The notes beneath the pieces were generated by a model. It was given only the letters and a program-made list of their open reading frames with translations. It did no database searches and was not told where the DNA came from. A stretch of 64,000 bases of DNA, taken from assembly GCA_963514005.1 (NCBI GenBank), contig OY740802.1, positions 14,818,001 to 14,882,000 on the forward strand, read 5' to 3'. Of the stretch, positions 1 to 13,480 are shown piece by piece. Position numbers and translations under genes: made by a program. This DNA is from Raja brachyura. Its lineage: Eukaryota. Positions within the stretch are counted from its first letter, which is position 1. Each line of letters opens with the position of its first letter.

Positions 1-3000
1 GTCCTCATTTTGTTTGGATGCAGTATAGAATCTTCTAATCTCCATGCAAGCTATTGAATACAAATATAGCAAATATCCATCTGCTTTGTTTTTATTTCAG
101 TTTCCCTTATGTTCAGTGTAAATATAAAAAAAATCCCAGATTCTCTGACTTCCTGCTGAGAAATAGTATTTTACAATCCAAAAGTCAAGGTTTCTAAAAT
201 AGTCTGAGTCATTAAGTAAAATATCCCTTCAGTCTGGTAGGCAAAGGCTATAGCCTTACACAGATTTAATCTAGATTTTGTTAATAAACTAGTGGTGTTG
301 TTTGCAATGTCTTCTAACATTCTTTGATGTCACAAGGCCTTAAAAAAAATAAAATAATAGGTGAGGCTTGAAATAAAGTGTAGAATGTGTGGAATTATGC
401 TGTGCCTGTTAAAAGTACAACCCTTCATTGTAAGGGGATAGATAGTTCACTTTCTTTATATAACAAGGGAAAGTATAGTGCAGAACCCTGTAATTGAAAA
501 TGGATACTTTTTGGGCATCCTTGCTCTTCAAAAATCCAAGATGTCACATTATTATTTATAAAACAACAAAGAAATTGAAATATTTAGTCCAGTAGGCTTT
601 TTTGTGGGTTGCTTTGTAAGTTGAAGCGGTTACTAGTCTAGTGACTCTTTCCCACCCTTCCTTTCAGGGCTGTTTTTGATATACAAGCAGCCTCCTGTGT
701 TGTGCCGTTAAATTAAAAGCCACATCTGTCCTTCACATTAGGCATGTCAGCCTGCCTGTTGGGCTTGTGGATTATGACCTTGGTGACTTCATACACTTAT
801 TGAAAATGTAGATGTCTTTGCTGGTTTTAGACAGCATTGATGTTTGCATTACACATACATCCTGTACTGTAAAGTTTTTGGTTTAAATAGTTCCCTAAAT
901 TAGAGCCTATCATTGTCTTTTCAACAGCCTTGGTTTGTCATGTTTTGTAGCAGCATATTTTTTTTTTGTGGCAACTTAGGAGGTTGATTGCTATACATTT
1001 TATTGTATTGCTTTGTACTAGTTCACCTTGCACAGTTCCAGTCAATCTTATTTTTAATTTTTAATTGTTCCATTTGGTGTTTTTGCTGCCAACAGATTGA
1101 AACTGTAGCTGATAAATGTCCAGTGGTCTGTGCTATCAAACTTGGAAGGTTTGATGGCTCATATTTGTTTCTGGGTAACTGCTGTGACTTTAGCCTGTAA
1201 ATGTGTAAATAATACAATAAGACTTTTATATCTTGTACATGAAGTAACCCCACCCATGTACTTTATTTAATGGAATGACTGTTATGCAAATTGCATACAG
1301 GTTGGACAAGAAAGGGCCCATTAAGCAAATGGCTTAAAATATCATTTTGAAATTTCTACTGTAGAAGTGGATCATAAATCCTCAATGTTGTGACTTAAAA
1401 TAACATGTTAAGATGGTCTTTGCAGCCAAAATCCAACAATTCGAAAAGTGTTCCTCTTTTCTAAATGTGTAGCAAAACACGTCTTGTGGGTTATCTATGT
1501 AAAACGCAAATATGAGTGAATTACTGTGAGGCAAAATGATAAGTTAGTTTTTTCCCCAATTCAACATTAACATTTTAAGAATTGTGACATTCAAAATTGT
1601 ATGCCAAAAAGCAGAAGTAGTTGTAGACACTGTTTCCAATAGGTACATTTCTAAAATTATTATATAGTTGAGCAATACAAAACCAAGAAAAAAAATTCCA
1701 ATCCCATTTGGGTTTTTCAGAGTATTCCACTGCCTTTCAACTAAATGTTGTGTCTTTTCCGAATTAAATGATCTCAGCCAAGGTGCCATTAAACATGCTT
1801 AAATTGGCATCCACATCAACAGTCTCAGACTTAAAGCTATTTACAAATATTTTTAATTATAGTTTTAAGAATAGCAATAGGGAATGTAGTTCAACATTCT
1901 TATTTATCCACCCAGTTTTAATTTCCTCTAGGTTTGAACTGATTTGAAAAACGTTTTTGTATTACATATTCAAAAGTTGAAGTTTGCATCAGTCATTCTT
2001 TCGGTGAACCTTTTATAAATGACATTCATCTTATTGGGACTGTTATTATGCAGTCAGAATGAGAATAGGCATTATTTAACTAAACTACTCAGAAAAATAC
2101 CTAACCCTTTATGAATTCCACTGTAGTGTGTAGATGTGCTTACAATGCAATCCTCTTGATCACTTATCAGCTTGAGGAAGCTTCATTTGAGGCTTTCAAG
2201 AGCTGGCATTTAGATGTTAATAGAATGGGGCCTGCTAATAAACCATTTGTGATTACATTTATAGTAATCATTAAGTTGTCTTTTTCGATATGGCAGTTAT
2301 TGTAAGAGTATGAGGAAGGACTTTTCACACAATACTACAAATATTTTTGTGTGTTTTTGCTGAGTGGCAGCACTTTTTTTTAGTTGTTGATATATAAGTA
2401 GTGAAATGCAGATGTAACCACAGTAGTAACAAGTACAGTGCCATCAGGAAATATTATTAAAACAAATCAGCATTAATTGCCACTGAACTAGCAATAGCTA
2501 CAATATTTAAATACCTATTTTACAGCATTTCAGATCTGTTTATGTCATAAATAAACCAGACTGATACTTCCCTGGTTTCCTTGATACCTACTTCCTCTTC
2601 TGTTGCCTGTCCTTTTGATCTTTTCATCAGATATTTTCTACTATAATGCTTTTTTTTTGCTATACTGGGTTGCATTCTCTTATAGCCTTTAATTTGTATC
2701 TGGGAAGAACTTAAAAAGAATGCAACATCCATTATTCTTTTTCTTGTAGGTTATAAGGTTAAGTTAAAGTGATACTTTGGAGGCAGTGATGGCTTTGGTA
2801 ATCTTGTTTTACTTGGGCATGTTTCCTTGAAAATTAAAGTATAATTTGGATTCGCTATTAGGTTTATGAAAATACATCCAAATATTCCTGAGGTATTTTG
2901 CAAGTTTTCAAACTTTGTTCTTATTTTTACAGTTTTAAGTACCGGTAAATCGCAACGAGTTACTTTTTTTTTTTTTTTTTTTTTTGTTTATCAAATTCTC

Positions 3001-5865
3001 TTGGACTTCTTTCTCTATCCGCATCCTGAAAATATTTAGTCCATGCTCAATTTGGGTAAGATTCAGTAAACACCAGTCACAGTAAAATCTCTTTAATAAT
3101 CATTCTTTTTGTCATACTATTTGCTCATTCAGTCAGTCCTGACCATTTCCTGTCCACTACCCATATAAAGTGCCAAAATAAATAACTAGATTGTAACCTG
3201 TAGTTGTAATTTTGACTGATTCCTTCCATATTCATCTAGGGATACAATTTTGAATGTATTGGCATAGCAGCTGAGAAATTAGTTAAGGATGACACATTGT
3301 GAATTGAATGCAAGATTTCCTTGTTTGTAATTTCCTCATGAATTTTTGATGAGGGGTCTGTGGTTGGGAGATTTGGTGATGTGAAATAGAAGGAAATTCA
3401 GTGACATCGAATCTATGGTATTTTTAAAAGCAACAAATTATTTTTTAAATGCAGACATTTTAATTTAAAAGTTAATTTTGTTGAATCTTAATTATTATAT
3501 TGAATAGTAATCTTCAAAGTTAGATTTCATCTACTGTATTTTGTTCATTGCAATCCACACCAGCATTGAGATGTCTTTATTGTACACACCAAACTGAAAG
3601 TCAGCAAAATCACAGATGGAGATTTAATCCAATAAATAAGTAGGTAAAATTGGTTGAAGTTATAACCTAAATATTAAAAGCAGCTTTTTCTTGAGTAGCT
3701 ACTTCCACATTTGCAAATCTGAAACATGGCATGGTTGAATTAAAGTTTTTTTTCTCTTTGCCACTTAAAGGTGTAATTGCACTTTAAGCTTGGCACTTGG
3801 GAAGCAAAAATGCTTAGAAGCCCCTTCCATCCTCTCAATAGCTGACAGGAAGAAAATGAATTAGTGAAGAGTTTGTCATTAAGGGGATAGTTGGTTTGTC
3901 GTATCTCATAATAAGGCAGATCAGACAGTATCTAAACTAGCTAAGTCCTTGGTGAGTTCTGCTAGCTTCCATCTCAAAGGATTGTGTGAATGCAGTATTA
4001 GCATTGAAATGCTGTAGTATATTGGTTACATAGAAGACATGATTCAAATATAAAGTTTACTGATTCATGGGCAATTGAAACCTGCTGTATTTCTTCTGAT
4101 CAGGCTCTTATCAATTTGGAAGGCTGACTTTACATTTATAATGTGTTGGTTGGAATATAACAGCTGAATCTGATGTAATGCAAATAGAATGTGGTTAAAC
4201 TATTAACTAGACAGCATGATTTCTTTCCATCCCACCCGTCTAGGAGCCATTTTAGGTGCTTACTGCTTGGGCATGGAGTATATTTGCTGTTCAGTTGTCC
4301 TTGTGAGTTTAAGTGGAATATGATCCAGTATAATGTATTGTGTTCATGAGCTTTACTGTTCCATTTAATATCTTGATCTTCTTGATACTGAGTTGGGAGT
4401 AAACAGACTGCAGTTAGTAGTCCTGGGGGTTTATTACTTGGTATAACAAGAGTGCTACTGATTATTGATGCAGATGTGGTCATAATAGTATGCATTATTA
4501 CACTTTTTGATAAAGTGATTAAATATCTGCATTTTTTTTCGAACAAAGAACATAAGCCACGAATATTTATTTTTATTTGGCATTAAATTCTGTGTAGAAC
4601 TCGATTACATTTTGTAGTTATAATCTTGCCCAATTCTGTGTAAAGTCATTTTGATATGACCATTTATGTACAGGAACATTGAATTTCTAATAATTTGAGG
4701 CATGAGGAAGAAGTATCACATGGCATGAAGCTTGAATCTTCTTTTTGAACCATGTTTAAAAGTGTCTTGGACAGGCGTTGTGCATGTACGCACTAAGACG
4801 ATGTCTATCAGCAGATTGAAGATGAAGCTGAGCAATGTTAATTTAAAACTCTAATGAGTACATGGTTCTAATAATGGACAGGGAGAAAACTATGTGGGTG
4901 CATATGATGCAGCATGTGGTATGGTCAGTTCACACCCAGAGAATCTCTAGGTTTGATTTCAGTTTTGTGAGCCATTTAATTGACTTCTGCAGCAAAAACA
5001 CACTAATTTGAACTTGGCAAACCTAAACTGTTGGATAAGAACAATAGGGGAAGGAAATATGGCAGGTTTTATTCCTGATCGGAAAGTGGTGTCGGTGGAA
5101 TTTGGGTTTGAATGTAGCTGATACTCCCTATAATTGGATAGTCGTCTGACAATTCTAACCATCAAATAGAGGTGACCATCGAGTTTTAGAGTCTTCTGGG
5201 TTATGGAAATTTGCTCTTGCAGAATTCAGAAATCACTGCCCAAAAAATGTGTGGTGTGGAACATAATTAATTCTCTCAGAATTTGTGGTTGGGAGAAAGT
5301 AAACAAATCAACACAATTTATTTTGCATTCAACTGACTTCTTCCTGCATGCGCAGATGATCTGGTCTCACATTACAGTTCATCACGATATGGATGGTTTT
5401 CTAAAATGTGGCCCCCTCCCATCCCCTGCAACACAGGGGTTTTGCCTGTGCTATGCCAAGCAGCCAGAGGGCGATTAGCCTTATTGACAATTTCCCATTG
5501 CCCTTTGTGAAGGCCCTGTGAGAACTGAGAAAATTGGGCAAGTTGATGAAAAGGAAGGCTGAATTTAATATGCAAATTGAAATGTTGGGTGACTGCTTAT
5601 CCATTGGGATGATTGAGGTGTATGGGAACTAAGTTTAACTTTGTAGGATATTAAATGATGATACAGTTCAAAGTTTAGAACGTTTGAAGCACAAACACCA
5701 TGTCTTCTCATGACTGCCACTGGTGATGTATTTCACCATTTGTTTTTTGTTGGTGTAACAATTACTTATTTTAAAAATGTTGCAAATATCTGGAATAACG
5801 GAGCCAAATTGTATTTTTATTTTTCCTGCACTTTAGCATCCATTTTCATTTTGCCTGCAGCTCTT

Positions 5866-5869
<4 letters not shown>

Positions 5870-5927
<58 letters not shown>
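5870..5927. repeat. (AT)n microsatellite
   Basis: Perfect alternating AT run of about 58 bp. Confidence 0.98.
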
Positions 5928-5931
<4 letters not shown>

Positions 5932-7117
5932 TTAAAGTGGTATTTCACTGTCTATCTTCCATTTTATTGGGGGTTTTTTAATTAACATCTGCACACTGAG
6001 ATTTTTGAATTCTGTTGCATCTTTGTTAACCTTTCTCAAAACTAGGGGAAATTTGAAATCAGTAGAGGTGCTCCATTACCATTTATTTGCATGTATTCAT
6101 AACTGAACTTGTATCACACCTGGCTTATATCCTTGAGCACCATATTAGATTGATGTGCATGTTATCTATTACAGGTGGTGGGAGATTCAGCTTTTGGTGC
6201 ACAACACATCCTAGGTTACCTCCCAGGCATGTTTTCAAATCAAACTTGATACTGAGCCATATGGTGCGGTTCATGACAAAATGGCTGGAGAAGTAAGTTT
6301 CAAAAAGTGCAAATACTTAAGGAAGGAATTAAAGTTCATAGTTTTGTCAGCTCAAGGCATAGCTGATAATGTTTGAGCAGTTTACTTTGGGCATTATCAA
6401 GAGGCTGGAATTATAGGAATGTGGAGATTAAGGCAGAGGGAAGTATAATATCGTGGAGCGGTTAGGAATCTATTCTGAAAATTTTAATCAGTACTTGGTA
6501 CAGATCGCTACTCAGAATGGACTCGATTGGGTATGGGTTAGTATACAGGAAGCAGATTATTTTTATTTCAGTTCCATGAGGTGGAATGAAGAGGGGTGGT
6601 TCGGAGGGCCACAGGAGTAGCAAGGGCAAAGGTGAGCCTATCATGAGCGGAACAGAGGCAGAAAGTGGCTGAGCAGTTTTACAAAGATGGAAGTAAGGGA
6701 TGATGATCATGGCATGGACGTGTGATTCAAAGCTTATCTCGGGTTAAAAATGACCTCAAGTTTGCAGAATTGAATTGGGCAGTGCACACTTGCAGGCAAG
6801 GGGAATGGATTAGTGTCCTAAAAGAGTTTGCTGTGGGCTTTGGTTTTTCAATATTTTACTTGTTCATTGCAGTGTCAGAGAAACAATCCAACTGTTTAGA
6901 GAATAGCTAAAAGGGCCAGAAGTGATGGTTTCCCCTGTGCTCTTATTTGCTGAAAAGCTTTCTGGATGAAAAAAGCAGACAAGAAAAGATGTGTTGTAAC
7001 ACCTGAGTGGGAAGAGACGATAAAAATCAAAAACGTTGTTAAGTTTCTGTTTCTTTATTTGACTATAGATTTTTGGAATTGTGTTCTGTTGTCTTCTGTA
7101 GCTAGTGTTATGGTTCA

Positions 7118-7479
7118 AAGGTTGCAAAGGTTATTTTATTGGTCACATACACCAATTGGTGTAGTGAAATATTTCTTGCCAATGCAGCACATAAAAAAGA
7201 ATACAGACATAACAATAATTAAGAGATTTTAAACATAAAAAACATTCCCCCACAATGGTTCCCATGATGAGGGAAGGCACAATGTCCAGTCCCCATCCCC
7301 ATGTCCTCCCATAGTCAGGCCTATTGAGGCCTCCGCAGTCGCCTTCACGGAGGCCCGATGTTCCAGGCCGTTCTCGCCGGGCGGTGGTGTTCCGGCGTTG
7401 GAAGAATCCTCTCAGCGGCTTGGGACACCTGGAACGGCCGCTTCCTTACTGTATATCATATGTATATCAAGGTTGCAAA
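7118..7479 (-). mobile_element. Short non-LTR retroposon (SINE-like or truncated LINE 3' end) with a GC-rich body
   Basis: CpG-rich body (7320-7445) in an AT-rich context. The minus-strand end is AATAAAATAACCTTTGCAACCTTTGAACC (poly(A)-signal-like hexamer plus short tandem tail). Flanked by the 11-bp direct repeat AAGGTTGCAAA (7118-7128, 7469-7479). Confidence 0.55.
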
Positions 7480-10400
7480 TATTGATTGCAAGCATGTATC
7501 AGAGGAAGGTATAGCAAATCACATGCAAATAGTCCAGTTTCTAAATTAAAAGGTGTTTATTTAGAGAATGTCATTGATGCATATACTTAAATCTATTTGT
7601 GAGTATAGGTGGCAGTCTAACGAGAGTATTTGAAATAGTCTGTATCAAAAGTCAAAAGCTATTCACATGTACTTTGTGTTCAGTGAATCTAGTCAACTGT
7701 TTATAGCCCACCCTAATTACCTGCATTGGGACCACCCTTAACTTGCAAGGAAGTGCACTTGAGATGTATGAAGTGATACTTTTATTTCTTTGTCATCTCA
7801 CCTGCAGACCAAGTAATTGAAGTGTTGTGCAAATCTGGTATACGACAAGCAGATGCTTAATCAGCAGTCGTCTGACTTTTGACTTTTAAAAACTTGGTTC
7901 TAAAACTTGGATGAAAGTCTCGTTTGCAAGTCTACACATCAGGAAAGAAAAGACAAATTGGATATGTATAGTACATGTTGCAACCTAGCAGTCCCGAAGT
8001 GATTTCAGGCAATCGGGATACACTTATGCTGATGTAAGGGTACCTCCAGAACCCCACAGATACCTGTATGTCAAAGATCAGTCTATGTTAGTGCCATTGA
8101 TCAAGTATTGGCTGGGTTGGGCCTCTTAAAAATGGTGGCAAGGGATCTTTTGTATTCACCTGAGAGTGCAAATATGACCTTGGTTTCATGTTTTATCTGA
8201 AGGAGGGTACCAACAATCATATTTTCCCCAGTTTAAAAACTAATTCATGAACTTAGATCTGTTTGTACTCTTATGTAATGTGAAGATGAGCAAAACCAGT
8301 AAGATAAGTGATATGGCATTCATTCCATAACAATGTATCAATTTTTACTAACATTTCTATTTCTATAAATGTACGTTAAACTTTGAGGCTCTGGTGCTGT
8401 TTTTGGCTTTAATCCACAGCCTGCCATCTTTTGAACGTTGTTTAAGCCAGTGATTTGTGATTGTAAAGTTTTGGGGAGGTTTGTGACCTCAAGTGTTAGC
8501 ACAGTCAGCAGGAAGAATATGCTGTGTTTATGCATTTCCAGCATATCGCAGCACTTCCAGTTTATTGTTACAAAGCATTACAGCAGAAGTGATTTGAGAA
8601 TGCATCTCCCTTTTCTTGAAATGTCGAATACGAGGAAGCTGGAGATGCATGCTGCACATCTGCTAAAGCACAGCTGTTGTTAAAAGTCAGTTCTGCTTTG
8701 TTTAGGTTTTGGTCAGTTAGTCCTTATGGCTTCTAGTTTCAAGACCAAACAAAACATGTGGTATTTTTGAAATATTGGCGTTTGTGTGCATAAACTAGTC
8801 GATCCTCCATCTCGAGATATTTGTGCTTAACAGTTTATCACATAGTATTTAAACTCGGCTGAGGAATGTTACTAACCACTCCCTTGAGTTTCTTGTTTGG
8901 TTGTTGCATTTGCCATGGGAGTGTCTACTATAGATTGGGCAATTTTTATTTTAATTGCTCCAAAGTGAAAAAAGATTGCCTGGTGCTCATGAGATCAATG
9001 AGCAAAGTTTCATGAGTTGAGGCAAGATGAAGGCTTGTAAAAACCTTAATTAGTCAAATTGAGATTTATTTTTTGAATTTTTCATTCATAAAATACAGAC
9101 AATAGGAAGAATAACAATTCCCGCAGTTACTTTGAGAAGGATTTTTCAATGAATGTGTTTTTAGGAAGGTCCCTATCATTTTATAACTCCTTTTATTTCC
9201 AAACTTTGGAATCAAAAATTAAATTAACGTTTTCATCTCAGGGTTTGACAGCTAGTTCAGGCTCTCTCAATTTGGCATTCAGAGCCTAAGTGTACAGATA
9301 ATTGTGAATTCTTATTCACTTGGCACAAAAGTTAATATTATAAACCCTGGTGGATAATATACTCATAATTTAATTTCTCTCACTTTTTCAATGTGTTTTT
9401 TTTACTTCATTCTCACTTTACAGTTCCCTGTTGGTGCCTTCCAGTTATATTTATCTCTATTGAAATGCTCAAGCATAAATGTAATCCCTTGTGTCTCTTG
9501 TTGAATGCACTGCATGTACTGAACTATACAAACCCGTGATTAGTTGATTATAACTGGGACTCTAAATCACACTTCCCAATTTATTTTTACCCTTTCCGCC
9601 CACATTAAAGCAGGAGTTTTGTTTTCGTGCCCACTATGCATCACTGTATTCCATTGGCTAAAAGCTATTTACTTCTATAATTGTATCCATGATTTCCACC
9701 CCCCACCCCCACTTAAATATGAAAGCCTGGCCATGATGGAACAGAGTAATTTGCCTGCTCTAAGAAGGGCGAGCATGAGAGTTCCCACATTTGAATGTGA
9801 CTTATCAGCAACATGTGGTGAATCCTGGTTTGAATTGGAGAGAGGTTCCAGAAGCTTAAATAACATAATGTTAAGGATTGGCAGCCTTGGGTATTTTTTT
9901 CATTTCATCCTTCATCCCCTTGCTGTGTAACACTTGCCTAGTTGTAATGCTGTTATCACAGTGTGTGGAGATGAAAAACCAACTTAACCCCTAGTTGAGT
10001 AATCAAACACTTCAGAAATAAGTGATAAATGAGTTGTAAGAAAAGAATGCAAGACAAAGAGCCAGGGAAAGCAAATTGAAGATGGTTTCCTGCTATTGAA
10101 CCATCAAAATTGATTCAGTGTTTTGCAGATTTTGTGCAATCTATGTTCAGGAAGGTGGGGAAACATGAATTTGTTGAAATTTGATTGGTAATTTCAAGTG
10201 TTGTTATTTGAGGTGTGATGGGTACTTCAGTGTCTCCGTTTGTGAAATAATTATCTTGAATTCTTCACAATATTAGCCAGTTACCTTTGGATACTGATAC
10301 TTAAGTAGTTTAAAAAAAATTGTGAAAAGTTGGGGACAATGGTATTAAATATATTAACATGATCATTCACAATTCAATTTTTATGCTTAAAAGCTCAGTT

Positions 10401-11105
10401 TTAAAGTAGCATAATTTTAGAAAGATAATAATAGCATTTAGTGAGAGATTTAGGGTGATACTTTAGGTTTTACTTAAAATAGTAGATGGGTGATAGAACC
10501 TTCCCTTTCTGAAGGCTATGTACTAATTGTCAGATTAGCTATTAACTGTTGCATAACTCTGCCTGTTCCTCAATACCTTTAAAAATTGAGCTGGATTTAT
10601 TCAAATTGTAATCTTTTGTCACATTTTATTTTAGCATTTTCAGTTGCCTACCTAATAAATACTATTTTCTATATCTCTTGAACAAACCCCTGATTGTGCA
10701 AGCCCAAAATACTGACAGCAATTGTAATGTTTAATCAGCCATTACAGTGTGTGTAGGGACTTCCTTCAACGGCAGAGGAGCACTGGAGGCATGGCTGGCT
10801 TCGAGTTGTAAGCTACTCCTATTTTTATAAATGATGTGGGTGCAGAAACAGTATTGTTTGCATGTAGTCCATTCCAGCGTTCATTTGGAAAAAGATGTTC
10901 AAACTTGTGCCCAGTGTGTGAAATAGAGCTCACAAAATGAATTCAAGGGTTTGAGATGAATAAGTACTGATGCAACTTTTAATTTACATAAAATAGTTTT
11001 GGGTCCATTGGTGTAATTTGTGTATCACTTTGCATATTATATAATTTGAGTTGTACATTTCTTTCTAGATCTTGTTTCTTGGTCTAGATCTTGGTCTAGA
11101 TCTAG

Positions 11106-13480
11106 ACCAACGAGAGAGCAGGCTATTCTAGACTGGGTATTGAGTAATGAGGAAGGGTTAGTTAGCAGTCTTGTTGTGCGTGGCCCCTTGGGCAAGAGTG
11201 ACCATAATATGGTTGAGTTCTTCATTAGGATGGAGAGTGACAAAATTAAGTCAGAAACAAGGGTTCTGAACTTGAACAAAGGTAACTTTGAAGGTATGAG
11301 ATGTGAATTGGCCAAGATAGACTGGCAGGTGATTCTTAAAGGGTTGACAGTGGATGTGCAATGGAAGGTATTTAAAGACTGCATGGATGAAGTACAAAAG
11401 TTGTTCATACCAGTTTGGCAAAAGAATAAATCGGGGAAGGTGGTGCATCCATGGATAACAAGGGAAATCAGGGATAGTATAAAAACAAAAGATGAGGCAT
11501 ACAAATTTGCCAGAAAAAGCAGCCTACCGGAGGACTGGGAGAAATTCAGAATCCAGCAGAGGAGGACAAAGGGCTTAATTAGGAAAGGGAAAATAGATTA
11601 TGAAAGGAAACTGGCAGGGAACATAAAAACTGACTGCAAAAGTTTTTATAGATATGTAAAGAGAAAGAGACTAGTTAAAACAAATGTTGGTCCTTTGCAG
11701 TCAGAAACAGGTGAATTGATCATGGGGAACAAGGACATGGCAGACCAATTGAATAACTACTTTGGTTCTGTCTTCACTAAGGAAGACATAAATAATCTGC
11801 CGGAAATAGCAGTGGAACGGGGGTCAAATAAGATGGAGGAACTGAGTGAAATCCAGGTTAGCCGGGAGGTGGTGTTGGGTAAATTGAACGGATTGAAGGC
11901 CGATAAATCCCCAGGGCCAGATAGTCTGCATCCCAGAGTACTCAAGGAGGTAGCCACAGAAATAGTGGATGCATTAGTGATAATTTTTCAAAATTCCTTA
12001 GATTCTGGAGTAGTTCCTGAGGATTGGAGGGTAGCTAATGTAACCCCACTTTTTAAAAAAGGAGGGAGAGAGAAAGCGGGGAATTACAGACCAGTTAGTC
12101 TAACATCGGTAGTGGGGAAACTGCTAGAGTCAGTTATTAAAGATGGGATAGCAGCGCATTTGGAAAGTGGTGAAATCATTGGACAAAGTCAGCACGGATT
12201 TACGAAAGGTAAATCATGTCTGACAAATCTGATAGAATTTTTCGAGGATGTAACTAGTAGAGTGGATAAGGGAGAACCAGTGGATGTGTTATATTTAGAC
12301 TTTCAGAAGGCTTTCGACAAGGTCCCGCATAAGAGATTAGCATACAAACTTAAAGCACACGGTATTGGGGGTTCAGTATTGATGTGGATAGAGAACTGGC
12401 TAGCAGACAGGAGGCAAAGGGTAGGAGTAAACGGGTCCTTTTCAGAATGGCAGGCAGTGACTAGTGGGGTGCCGCAAGGCTCAGTGCTGGGACCCCAGCT
12501 ATTTACAATATATATTAATGATTTGGACGAGGGAATTCAATGCAACATCTCCAAATTTGCAGATGATACCAAGCTGGGGGGTATAGTTAGGTGTGAGGAG
12601 GATGCTTGGAGGCTGCAGGGTGATTTGGATAGGCTGAGTGAATGGGCAGATGCATGGCAGATGCAGTACAATGTGGATAAATGTGAGGTTATCCACTTTG
12701 GTGGCAAAAACATGAGGGTAGACTATTATCTGAATGGTGGCAGATTAGGTAAGGGGGAGATGCAACGAGACCTGGGTGTCATGGTACACCAGTCATTGAA
12801 AGTAGGCATGCAGGTGCAGCAGGCAGTGAAGAAAGCAAATGGTATGTTAGCATTCATAGCGAAAGGATTTGAGTATAGGAGCAGGGAGGTTCTACTGCAG
12901 TTGTACAGGGTTTTGGTGAGGCCACACCTGGAGTACTGCGTACAGTTTTGGTCTCCAAATCTGAGGAAAGACATCCTTGCCATAGAGGGGGTACAGAGAA
13001 GATTCACCAGACTGATTCCTGGGATGTCAGGACTTTCATATGAGGAAAGATTGGATAGACTCGGTTTGTACTCGATGGAATTTAGAAGATTGAGGGGGGA
13101 TCTTATAGAAACCTACAAAATTCTTAAGGGGTTGGACAAGCTAGATGCTGGAAGATTGTTCCCGATGTTGGGGGAGTCCAGAACAAGGGGTCACAGTCTA
13201 AGGATAAGGGGGAATTCCTTTAGGACCGAAATGAGGAAAACATTCTTTACACAGAGAGTGGTGAGTCTCTGGAATTCTCTGCCACAGAAGGTAGTTGAGG
13301 CCAGTTCATTGGCTATATTTAAGAGGGCGTTAGATGTGGCACTTGTGGCTAAAGGGATCAGGGGGTATGGAGAGAAGGCAGGTACGGGATACTGAGTTGG
13401 ATGATCAGCCATGATCACATTGAATGGCGGTGCAGGCTCGAAGGGCCGAATGGCCTACTCCTGCACCTATTTTCTATGTT
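11106..13480 (+). mobile_element. 5'-truncated young CR1-clade LINE (elasmobranch HER1-like)
   Basis: ORF2 from the end of the endonuclease (PTREQAILDWVLSN..LGKSDHN) through the RT to its stop at 13395. Followed by the CR1 3'UTR GATCAGCCATGATC..GAAGGGCCGAATGGCCTACTCCTGCACC and a TTCTATGT tail. Confidence 0.95.
11140..13395 (+). CDS. CR1 ORF2 remnant: uninterrupted reverse transcriptase frame (751 codons, native start and most of the APE domain missing)
   Basis: Motifs [80 protein letters not shown]. No stops or frameshifts. Confidence 0.85.
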   Translation: MSNEEGLVSSLVVRGPLGKSDHNMVEFFIRMESDKIKSETRVLNLNKGNFEGMRCELAKIDWQVILKGLTVDVQWKVFKDCMDEVQKLFIPVWQKNKSGKVVHPWITREIRDSIKTKDEAYKFARKSSLPEDWEKFRIQQRRTKGLIRKGKIDYERKLAGNIKTDCKSFYRYVKRKRLVKTNVGPLQSETGELIMGNKDMADQLNNYFGSVFTKEDINNLPEIAVERGSNKMEELSEIQVSREVVLGKLNGLKADKSPGPDSLHPRVLKEVATEIVDALVIIFQNSLDSGVVPEDWRVANVTPLFKKGGREKAGNYRPVSLTSVVGKLLESVIKDGIAAHLESGEIIGQSQHGFTKGKSCLTNLIEFFEDVTSRVDKGEPVDVLYLDFQKAFDKVPHKRLAYKLKAHGIGGSVLMWIENWLADRRQRVGVNGSFSEWQAVTSGVPQGSVLGPQLFTIYINDLDEGIQCNISKFADDTKLGGIVRCEEDAWRLQGDLDRLSEWADAWQMQYNVDKCEVIHFGGKNMRVDYYLNGGRLGKGEMQRDLGVMVHQSLKVGMQVQQAVKKANGMLAFIAKGFEYRSREVLLQLYRVLVRPHLEYCVQFWSPNLRKDILAIEGVQRRFTRLIPGMSGLSYEERLDRLGLYSMEFRRLRGDLIETYKILKGLDKLDAGRLFPMLGESRTRGHSLRIRGNSFRTEMRKTFFTQRVVSLWNSLPQKVVEASSLAIFKRALDVALVAKGIRGYGEKAGTGY

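Noticed and set aside
5710-5985. ORF with a YIYIYI repeat
   Set aside because: Translation of an (AT)n microsatellite.
1-11000. Short 60-136 aa ORFs and possible 5' non-coding exons of znf217
   Set aside because: No recognisable domains. Isolated AG/GT signals cannot be distinguished from background without transcript data.
11062-11110. Clustered XbaI/BglII sites as vector or linker contamination
   Set aside because: No other polylinker sites are present, and the sequence is explained by local copies of the flank and of the CR1 end. Read-level confirmation is still advisable.
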